Source: Phoronis australis
Taxonomy: Eukaryota > Animalia > Phoronida
Direction of reading: 5' to 3'
Length of the DNA: 64,000 nt
Assembly (NCBI GenBank): GCA_002633005.1
Contig: NMRA01000311.1
Span: 321,839-385,838 of the forward strand
The position numbers and the translations under genes are program-made. Positions 37,360 to 49,300 of the stretch are shown piece after piece. Positions within the stretch are counted from its first letter, which is position 1, and each line of letters starts with the position of its first letter. The notes beneath the pieces were generated by a model. It was given only the letters and a program-made list of their open reading frames with translations. It was not told the origin of the DNA and made no database searches.

Positions 37360-40300
37360 ATGACTGACATGGAGATTCAAGGCCATAGAATCGACGAGAA
37401 TGGCCAAAACAAGAACGTGGGTGATGGGAATGCTAACAAATTGACCGAGGAGCGGGATCATGTTGATTTTTCTAGTTTGCGTTCATTTCCCGTTCCTTCC
37501 AGTAGACGCACATCTTCCGCCAGTTCAAGAAGTCACGGCGATCATGGATATATCCCTCGCTTGGAAGGAAACCTCAAATACCTACAGACACTGTAAGCCA
37601 ATCTTCCGTTTCTTACTTTCTGTCAAATGAGCATATATATGAGTTGAACCTATCTGCTAGAAGTAATCATATTTTATCGTAGTATGAATAGTAGGCCACA
37701 GTTGGATTTAAACATGTTCCACATTGTCACACTGCACTGCAGGGCACTTGTCAAATGCCACCTTGGTAAAAAGAGCAGTGTTCGTAAATGACCGAGTCAC
37801 CGCTTCTAGATCTGTGCTGCATTCTTCAATGACTGAATTTGAGTTAAGGGCTGTGAATTGATGCTTCTATCCGAAGGTGTTGCTTCAAAGGAATACCTGC
37901 CTATTTGTACATGAAAGTGTTCTTGCAATGATCTTAATTTAAATTTGATGCACATGAGCAGTGTAGATGTTCTGACAAACACTTTCATTGTTTTTTTAAC
38001 AAATTTGTTTGCTGATGAAACACGATCAAAATACAATGTCAGCATATTATAACAACAGTTCGAGTCTGTTGGTGCGAGACTGCTGAAAACAGGTGGAAGC
38101 AGGGTTTGTGTACTTTGGTGGTCTTCGTTTTGATAGAGGAGTTTGTGGACAGTATTCTGCATTATTCTAATGCAATGTGATTTCCTAGGTTATCCAATTA
38201 TGACCACCATGCCATCAAATTGTCAAATTATTATGCTGTGGTATAATCAAACATTTATTCCCACGGAACTATCTAATGAGACAAAATTAAAAAAATTTGT
38301 CTTGCACCATAATTAGAGATTTTCTTCCTGCTCTCATAAAACTGAAGAGGCTATGTTTCCTATTTAAAGGGACGTTATAGGATTTACAGCCGGAAAATTG
38401 TATTTATGGGATTAGTGCTTGCTGAGATTTCAGATCTGTAAAACATCAAAATTTGTTGACTGTGTTTTTGTGAATTATTTTAATACTTGCCATACATCAG
38501 TTATTGAACAGGATTGCTCATTAGATTACAACCATGATTTACATTACAGTGAATACGTAAAGAGATAACTATTGTTGTATTATGCAGTTATGAATATACA
38601 CCAACACAGACAAGAAAAGTACCATGCACACCATATACAAACCTCAGATATCATCTTCAAAATAACATAGGCGGATTTAGGGGGGGGCCCAGGCCCCCCC
38701 CTTGGCTGCCGCAAAAAAAATAAAACAGTAAGAGCGTAGGGAAATGGTGAGTTTATTAATTAACCCGGGTAATTAAAATTATACGGATGAAAAAAGATTT
38801 AAATGTGTGCAGTTTTAGTGTTTGGGGGGGGGCTCAAATCGAATTTCAAGTGTCAAATTCGGAACACGGCGCGTTCGTAACGGAACTATGGCTAAGTATA
38901 GAATCTCCCGCGATATCCTAGGCGACCGGCAGCGGCGCTGTGCACTACGACTCCGTTTCCGTCGTCTGCTCCACTGTACAATGAAGAAAATTTACTTCAT
39001 TTTTTAAAGAAAATGGAACCTGAGCGGCGATGAAAAAACAGAAGCTGCTGGTAAGATGTGAATTTTAATCCAAGCCTTAGTGAATCACTCAGAAACTCGC
39101 AATACTCTCTTTGTCAAACCTTATCTTAAGACGGTTTCCAAAGCAATCCCGTCATTATTGCCAACACGAAAAATGGATTTGGTCTTTTGGGCATTTGAAG
39201 ACTATTTCAAATACGACAAATTTGTTAAGAATTGATGGCACAAAATATAAAACGTGTAATAAGCATTACAAAAAGAAGTAGGTTACGCGCGCAAACGCTG
39301 TGGCCCATAAACAAGTAAGTCTTTTAGTATGAAAGTTGTAGTTAAATCGTGGTGGTGTAGTGGTAACGTACGCGCGCTCAACCCGCTAGGTCGTGAGTTC
39401 GAGTCTTTGACACTTGCATTTTTTTCCTGTTTGACACGTTCTCCGTGTTTTTTTTTCGCCTTTTTTTCTTGGATAATACTTCAGGAATCAAGGAAAATGC
39501 TTGATTTTTAGAGGTAAAAACAGAAAAATTTCCTGGGCGGGAGGGGGGCAAACCCCCCTCCCGACCTCCCCCCATTCGGTGCTATGCGCATCTACAATCG
39601 TGGTTCAGTTTGCGCAAATGTTTACAGCCGGACAGAATGTTGGGCCCCCCCCTTGTGATATCCTAGATCCGCCACTGAATAAACTCTAAGAATTTCTAAT
39701 TTTAGTCGATCTAAATGGGGTAAATCCTTTGTCTACTATACTGTTTATATGTATACTTACTTATGTTTGAAATTTTAGTTAAATTATGAGCTTAATAACA
39801 TCTGGTGTGCCATTTTCACAAATAATATATGTACTTAAATTAAGCACAGATGTTCTTCCAAAAACACAATTCGAACAAATTCCAAAAGGATTTGATACAA
39901 GGACAAAACCAACTGTAAAGATCAATTAGTTCTTCAGATTTCTCTTTACAAAAAAATCAAGTGAGCAGAGCATTAGGTAGTGATTGCAGAAGTTGCAGAT
40001 TTGCGTCTGTGCTGATGCTGATCTCAGAAAATCACTTTTCTGACAGGACTTCATGATATTTCTCCATGAATTTCAAGCCATGCACGTAATCAAGCTAGCT
40101 TCGTTCGCGAGATTCTTTCATCTACAGAACTCAACCCTGGTGTTTGATCTAGTTTTGCTAAATGCATAAAAAATGCATAATGTTTAATACACTTGAGTGG
40201 TTGTGTACAATCAATAATGGCTTCCCTTAACTACTTTCATTGAACAACTTGATAAAGTTGGTCTGCATTATTGTTGGAGGTTATTGGCAACCTTTGTTAT

Positions 40301-43300
40301 TTGCTCTTGATAATTTTCTGCTGCCTCTCATCTTTCATGTAGGCATATCTCACCAGACTTTTCAGATCACTGAATATGACATATGGTTTTTTGATCAGAT
40401 GCATGTTAAAATTAAATAATCATTCAACTAGGCTTTACTATAAGTTAGAAATGGGCGACTCCTTTGCGTTTGTCATACCTGTGGCCCAGTAGTGTGTTTT
40501 TGAAAAGGTGTGGGTGAATTCACATACTAGGCATGTTTCTCAAATTGTTTTTTCATAGAGCTAAGTATGGTACAAGTTGCAAATCTGGTCTTGGGCACAG
40601 AATGTAACAAGTTTGATGGATCATAAAGGAAAAGTTTGGTATTCTTGAATTGCCAAATTTAAAAGATGATATTTATAAAAACATTTGATCAGCAGAATAC
40701 AAACTTAATTCTTTGTGTACAGCATATGGTTTTCCCAGATTTACCAGGTTGTCCCGAGTTAGTTATGACCGAAAGTTTAGTCATGACTATTCTCTGACTG
40801 AATAATTAATCTTGACTAGAACATGAAGACCCATGCTAGTGACCACTTTAAATGAAACAGAATTTTTGTGCAATATCACCCTCTCCGTCCATTTTAAAAA
40901 TGCTTTTGACATATTGATCACAAGTTTTTTGGATATGATTACGTTAGATAATTTGAAGATTGATATGAGAACAATTCAGTTATGCGCTTCTTATAGTTAT
41001 GTATGAAGCTTACTTTTGAATAATTAAAGACCAGAATATCTAGCTTTACAAGTGTCTGGAAGTAAACAGATAATTATATTGAGTTTTGAATGGGACCTGT
41101 TTCTAAGCAGTTTTTAAGCCTTGCGTGATACATGTACTTGTGTCACTGAACAGGGTGACTCTGATAGTTGTGTCACTGAACAGGGTGACTCTGATAGTTG
41201 TGTCACTGAACAGGGTGACTCTGAGTTCGTTCACTATGCAATGATTGAGAGTACATATTAGGAACTGTATTAATGCTTAGGTATAAGGAGATATGACTTG
41301 ATGAAACTGTGCATACTAGTTTTGACAAAGAATGTATCTCAATGAACGTAAAATTTAATCAAAATGTTTTGATTTTCCAAGATTTAGATTTTTCGATAAT
41401 ATCTGGTCAATGCTTATCCTCAGTTTCTGTTCTCCTTATCATGATTATACCTGTACTATTCACTAGTGTCTTTATTGTGATCAATATGGCACACAAGACT
41501 TCCGACAGATTTATGTCCAGTGAGGAGAAAAATCAATAGATCTGTAATTTGCTTCTTTGTGACTCGTTATAAAAAGATGTAAGTTCTGTTTCTGTGATTT
41601 TGCTCAAACTTCTTTCTGATGTCTGAATTATGAAAGCACAATTCAACTACAGTAAGAGAGTCTCCATCTCATCAGATGGGTCATGTGGGTTTTGGTGAAT
41701 GGCTTTTCCCTACAATTGTTGTGTAACTCTCACTAAGCATTAGTCATGCTTGCCAGTTTAGCAGGCTATGTAAGGAATTTTCAAGCTTGTTTCAAAATTT
41801 TGGGACTCTTCAACATTAGGGTTTCAGAGCGTTATTTTATAACTTAGAAAATGGTAAATGCTGCTCTTAATACATTTTAATATGCCAAAACTGGGTTAAG
41901 TATCCCTTTAAAGTGATGTTATCAGCGAGAAAAGCTTACGAAATCAGCCTCGGCATGAATTCGATTGTGTAATCACGGACTCAAGGTTGCAGCCTAACAT
42001 AGATGCTGGTGGAGCTCAATGCCACTCAATAGATGTTGAAGTATTTCATGCTTAAAAGCATTTCTAACTGGTAAGGCCACTGACCCTGATTTCATCGAAT
42101 GTGTCAGTAATAAATTTTCAAAAGCACAATGGATTTTGTTGCTTTACACTGCTCTCGAGTCAAAGCTAATTATTTATTTTAATAACTTAGAATTCTATCC
42201 CTTCCAACAACAATCACAAACATTTTTGTGCCACCATCCTTAAGTCTGTCCAGCATCCGCTGCTGTATCTCCAAAACCCCTTGATGTATGTTCATGAAAT
42301 TTTGCAGATATGTACCTTTTACAGATGGGACGTTATGAGTAAATTTTCAGACGGATTTGGCCAACCGTGTGCCCCATAGTGGAAATTTTAGTTTTTAATG
42401 TTTGCCTCTTTATCTTCGGATTTCCTTTATTTTCACGAAGTTTGGATTCATTTTTGGTATCTATTATAAAAGTGACGCCACCTTCATGTTTTTGAATGGA
42501 TTTGGCATATATTGTGTTTTCACTGGGACTAGAATAGCTGACGATGATTTTCTGACGACTCCAATTACAGTGGCTCCTCTTAGTGATAGTTTTGTTTTGC
42601 TGTATCTCTTAAACCTTCTGCAGAATCTTTGTTGAATTTGGCAAACTATTTATATGAAGGTGATGACAGGTGACCACAACTTTGGGACGGATCCAACTAC
42701 TGCTATGCCCCCTAGTGGCAAGTTATTTTTTTCTGTTTTCTTCTGGTTCTTTGGAGTTCTTGGATAAAAATTTAGCAAATATATTTCTATTAAAGACACA
42801 ATGATATTGTTCCGTCTTCAGATGGATTTGACGTTTATTAATTTTGAGTCTGCGTTTGGCGTCCGTCTCTCAGTCAGCCAAATCACTCTTAGGGTGATTA
42901 TGAAAATTGGCATATCTCACTGGGAAGAGGACGGCTGACGGAGGATTTTGGACAGCGCCAAGTACTGTGGGCTGTGGCACCTCGTAGTGGCAGTTTTGTT
43001 ATATCTGCATCTGTGGCTGTATTTCTTAAACCCTCTGCAGAAATTTTGTGAGAGTTGGGAATTAGTATTTGTGTGGAAGTGACAACAGATCCGGCTATGG
43101 CTGTGCTCCCTAGTAACAATATTTTTTCCACTTTTGTCTGTATCTTTGGAGTTCTTTGATGGATTTTTATCAACATTGGTAAATACAAATTCTGTTAATA
43201 AGGCGATGACATTTTTTTCGTTTTCAGATGGATTTGACGTAGTGTTTGCCTTCTAGTGGCCGTTTTTGTTAGTCTGTTTTAAGCGTCCATCACTCTATTG

Positions 43301-46300
43301 GCCAAGCCACTGTAAGAAACGTTATCAAAATTGGTAAATGTTTTCCTTCTGGAAATATCATGTTTTGACGATTTTTGTACAGTTTGATTACTGTGGCGTT
43401 CCCTAGTGGCAGTTTGATTTTTTCCTGCATCATCTTTGTGAATTGGTGATTTATGTATTTGTATGAGCTTTACAGCAGATGATGGCTTTTAGATATATCT
43501 GACACCCCGACTGTGCCCCCTGTGCCAGTTTTGATATTATTTATGGTCTTGACAGGTATGTTCCTATTGAGGAAAGCACTTGTTCACTTGCTATGTACCC
43601 CCTAGAGAGTATTTTAAGTTTACTATCATTGCTCTATTTTATGGAAGTATTCAAAATATTAGTCATCCCTTGTAGCTGCATAATGCATGCAGTGCATACG
43701 GTGGGTGTATATCACTGCTCTGCATTGCTCTTGTTAAGTCTGGTCTGCATGCCACCTGTTGGCCACAAAACATGACCTAATGAACAAAAGTCTGAAAAAC
43801 TTCTGCCCCAACTGGGACTTGAACTCGGGACCTTCTGCTAACCGTGCAGACACTGTAGTCCACTGCCATCAGGACCACTGGTTGAACACAGAAATACAAT
43901 CAGACTTCCATATTTCCAAATTTAATTTACATACACTTGCACGTTTATGGGTGGTTAGACCCATTGTAAAGTCTGATTGGATTTCTGTGTTTGACCAGTC
44001 GACAGGTCACGATGGTCAGTGGACTAGAGTGTCAGCATGGTTAGTAGAAGTTCCCGGGATCAAGTCTTGGTCGGGGCAGAAATCTTTTCAGGTTGATATT
44101 TATTAGAGCTTTCACGTGATGTGGCCAACAGGTGGTATGCAGACCAGACTTTAAAAATTTTTGTGTTCTATACTTCCACGTCCGTTTAAGAGTTACATAT
44201 TTATATTGAATTCCAATCCCAAAAATGCTTATTTCGGCCGTAGAACCGATAATGTCTTGGAAACTTGTTTCAAGAATATTTTTCCTTACATTGTAAATTT
44301 GTAGTCTGGCTCAGTTATGACCTTGATTCATGGGAAGATTGCGACATGGTTTGTCATTGTAAATTGAGTCTATATTTTCACTCAATTACATCACAAGTAT
44401 GAAAGCCAATGTCTCACATCTAATGCTATGTTTTTTTCATTTAGAGAATGTACTAGTGATGTCATGTGCTGCCGCTTCAGTCCTGATGGAACGGCTATTG
44501 CGGCTGGACAGAAAGATGGTGTTGTTAAGGTCAGTTATCACAATGTGTCACTTAACACTCGTGTACGTCTGGGCACAATTAAATCCTTGTCAGCTGATGG
44601 GTCAATTATGCCATCTCTATAATGTGATCTAATTATTTTTTCACTTTTGATTGTCAAGACGGTATTATAATTTGCTGTTATTGGAAATAGCAATTGTGTG
44701 GATTTCTCCAGGGCATTAAAATAGAAACATTATGGTGAAAATTCTCTAGTTTGAGACAGTAAAAGTTTGATTATTTATATTTGTTCAAGGTCGGAACTTC
44801 AACCAAGTTGAATTGAACAGAATGTGACATTGGCTGTACCAAATTTAAGAATAATAATAAACTACAAACTAAAGGATCATTCAGCTGAATGTTACTCTGG
44901 AAACACATGAAAAATTTTTGACAATTTTATGAAGCCGCAAATTCATTTTTGGACTCAATGTCTAATTATTGAGAAATATAATGAAGGCCAAAATCATTCA
45001 TGCCCCAATCTTCAGAATCTAGATACACATTTCCCATTTTTAAGAGAATCCTAAACTAAAATTTTTTTACCACATGTTAATTACTGTTTTTGTTTCAGAT
45101 ATTCAGTGCCATCAGCGGTCAGTGCTTCCACAGTCTGGCAGATGACGATACCAAAGCTGCTCACCTCCCGGCCACCTGTATAAGGTTCATGCCAAACTTA
45201 GGAGATCCTGATGAGGACTCTGTGTTAAAGAATGTTGTCATAGTTACTTGTAAGTGGATTGAGAATTGGAATAAAACACAGAATGAAATTTTAATGTGTT
45301 TTTCCAAATGTGGCACTGTTTTGATGTGGTGGATAAAAACCTTAAAATTTCCTCCAAGAAATCAGAGAATTTCCAATTTAACAAACAGTTGATTATTACA
45401 GGTCTTGACATAGTTGTGTTTAGTATTTTTTCAGCAATGCAATACTTTCTTATTTTTATTCTTCATTAATGAATTTAACCTTTCTTTCAATGCTGCATAT
45501 GTGCCAACTATTGGAACTCCTTTGGATGACTTCTTTTGATTTCAAGTCAGCCATGTTCAGACCTTTTGATTTTCGATGTGAGTGGTTATGAATGCCGATT
45601 TCTCTTTAATGCATCAAATGGCATAAAATTCTACTCACTTATTTTGCAGTTGAGCGAGCAGTATCTTCATTTTCCATTAGTGGAGATATCTCCATAAAAA
45701 TGAAGACTTATCTTAGAAAGGAACTTCGATGGTTGATGTCTCTATAGTTTAAGGGGAATTTGAAAAAAGCTGAGACAGTTCTCTAACTTATATTCCACAA
45801 TAATAATATATTGTTCAAAGATGAAGTTGTTTGCAGTTTTATTTCTTTAGAAATTCATTGTTCAAAGCAAACAATTAGAATTTTCACAAGAAATGGCGGT
45901 CATGTGATTAATAATGATTATGCAAAGTTTTAAAGCATAAATGAAGATTTATTTTTTTGTAAATTTATTTAAAAAATATTTGACGAAGTATTAACTCAAA
46001 CGGACTACCGTAACAATTACCTGAAGACAAGGGCTTATGGCTTCCTCTATTCTTGCTTTTCATTTGCATTCAGACGCCTCGGGTATGGTGAAGTTCTGGC
46101 ATTACACCTCTGGTAACTGTATCCACACCATCAACGAGACTGGACAGGTCCATTGTCTGTCCATCAGTGGTGACCAGGCGGCAAGGTTTGCGACCTCTGG
46201 CACCGAGATGGCTATTAACATTTACGACATGTACACGAAACAAAAAATTAACACGTGCCAGGCTAGGTTAGTATGGTTATGTTGCATCCGATAATGGTTG

Positions 46301-49300
46301 TTGCTTTTGTGAGAAAATTCCACAGGATGACTCCACCTTAAGAGAGGTTGGTGTTCATGTGGGTATTGTGGCATTGTGGTCTTGTCGTACCTAGTGAAGG
46401 GGAGGGGATGTGTCGTACCTAGTGAAGGGGAGGGGATGTGTCGGGAGAAGCATTGTTTGTTGGCCAGGACTTTCATTTTTAGATATTGTATCAGATACGT
46501 ATTATGCCATTGTCTTACTTACTGTTACTTCGTTACTGTGGATTTTGAAGATGTCGTGGACTCAACCTCGCATACCCATGGTAAAAGTTGAAGACGTGTC
46601 TGCAACTCCCCATACCCATGGTGTAGAAGTAGGGAGGAAAATCTCCATATGGACGGAATTATTCGATGTTTGGATTTCAACGTCAGTTTTCAAAAGCCAC
46701 ATGAGCCGCAAATTCAAGGAATGTTCTAGGCAAATAAAAATTGATAGTGCTCTTGCTTATTGCCTTGTTTAATTTGATATTTCTGGAATGCATTCTTAGT
46801 CCCTGAGGAGTGTGTTGTTGACTTGATCACTGATGCGTTGACACACGATTGACAGTTACAAATTTAATTAACATTATTCGTATAACAACGTCAGGTGTAG
46901 AGAATTTTACAAAACGATGCATGGGTATTAGAGTTGTGGGAGGGCTCCTATAGATGGGGCTACTTTCACTTCACAGTGGTTTTCATAATGGTCACTACTG
47001 TCACATAGAAGTGCACTAATGTTCGCCCAACTCAGTGTGGAAAACCTGGAAAATATAAAATAGTTTCCATTTGTGGAGAACTAATGAACACTAGTAAGAA
47101 GGTAAAAAACATGGAAAACTAATAGAGAATTTCTTATTGATTAAATATAAAAACAATATGTATGGATAAATAGCACAGGGAAATGATAATAATATTCTGG
47201 AAAACTCATGCTGAACAAGAAATCAAATTAATATAATCAAAGTTTGGAACTGTTGCTTGAGAATTTTGCAAGTTATTTCCTTTGCCTGTGTATGATTGGA
47301 GTCACCTGGTCACTTGACTGTCAGTTTTCCATTATTGTGTTGAGTGCATCGTAGAAGTAGTCAGTTTGTGAAACTGTATTGGACTGTTGACATTTTTTAC
47401 TTAAAAGTAGTGCACATTGTGACTTTCATGGCTGTTCACAACGACATCCTGTTTTTAATCAGTGCATTGATTGGAAAATGCTTTTCCAAGTTTGGATAAG
47501 ATGGCTCCCATTAAGTACGATCAGATTTCTGTATTAGACTGATCTTGATAGCTCAGTGTACTAGGACATCTGCATGGTTAGTAAAGAGTCCGGGTTCGAG
47601 CCCTGGTCGACACGGAGATCTTTTCAGATTTAACTATAGGCCATTTGGTGTGACCAGCATATGGTCTGTTGCAGACTAATAAACCTGTCTCTATATTTCA
47701 GTGATTCTCGAGATGTCATGAACGGACACCGTTCAAGTGTGTTTTCCATCCAGTACCATCAGTCATACCCTCATATTTTGGTGTCAGCTGGCTGGGACAA
47801 CACAGTCCAGGTAAGTATCAATTGCATGGTCTCAGGTGTTCCAGAGCTCACAGAGTATCTCATAAGCTTCTCAATATTTTGTCTTGTGACTTTAATCCAA
47901 TAATATCAAACACCCAAGTAGTCTTTTATAAAATGCTTAATTTATTAAAATATTTCTAATTTCTAGAGATCGTTTTCCACGGCAGACAAATATGGGTTTT
48001 GATTTTACGATGTTTTCTAGAAAGTATTTTAAGTGTAGGTTTGTAAATGTGTGATGTGTCCTTACGGTGTTTTCCTCCGGCTGTAGGGTTGTCAGATGAT
48101 ATGTTGATGTGTTCTTTACGTCTGGTACCTAGACTCCGAGCGGTCTCACCAATATGGCAGGACAAGCAGGGCATTCAATCATGTTTATCACCCCGCATTT
48201 CTTGTTGCCTTGTCTTTAGGGTGGAGCAAAGCACTCTATATAGGGTGTTGAATGGTTTGTGGTTGGTGCCTACCTGGTGTTGTCTGAAGATAGACAGTTT
48301 TTCCAAGAGACCATGAAGGGCTATGTCGACTTTAATAAAAGGGTCAGCCTTTTTAGACACATTGGTTCTGGGTTCAAACATCCAGTCCAAGTACTCACTG
48401 TCGCGTGGCGCATGTTCTTTCTAGTCTGTTCCATATGTTTGCCATTTTTTCTGTTACTAATTCTCCAATCCTTACTGTTTATTTCTGGCAATACAACAGT
48501 GTTTTTATCATACTTTTCTTCTTCACAACATTCTCAATGCGATTGACTCGAAATTACTGACGTTTGCTTTACCAAGTATTTACTTTACTCACCACAGTTT
48601 TGGGATGACCGAGAGAAGCATGCCATTCGCAAGCTGTACGGACCGCATGTCTGTGGTGATGCTCTGGATATCGACTTTATTCACAATCACATACTGACTG
48701 GTTCTTGGAGAAAGGATGACGTCTTACAGGTTTGTCATGATTGCTAATGTTGAACAGTGAAGAGTATGATAATATGATGATCATGGTCGACTCAAGTGGA
48801 CATGCATACAGTGAAGCCCACTTAATGTCATACTGGTTATTAGAACATACTGGTTAGGGTTATTGGTGTCAAAAGCAAATCATTTCCTATTAAGCACACG
48901 TAAGGTAACCCACACAATGTCATGGTTTATTGTCATATACCTGGATATTGTCGTAAAAAATCAGTAAAATTGTTTCTTACCCGTTTCCCTTCACTTTTCT
49001 ATCTAAAAAACAAACCAATTTATTATCAATTTGTTTGTGTTATAGGAACTCCACGCCGTGGGTAATATTTAGTGGTTTCCTGTCGCACCCTGAGACTGTC
49101 CACTTAGCATTATCAGCTTATAAAATTGGCCAAGTCAGAAGGCACTTAATGGAATATTCAGTGTATTGTCATAATTTACTTTGAAATCGAAGGAACATAT
49201 ACAACATTGTTAAGCGGGCTTCTCAGTATTAGGACTGGCAGTTGTTTGTTTAGAGTTTCATTACAATGTGCTTGTGCCGTGGCCTTATCAATGCTTCTAT

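Noticed and set aside
39347-47610. tRNA-like segments at 39347, 43804, 44005 and ~47545 as real tRNA genes
   Set aside because: Imperfect stems and loops, and all are embedded in transposon bodies.
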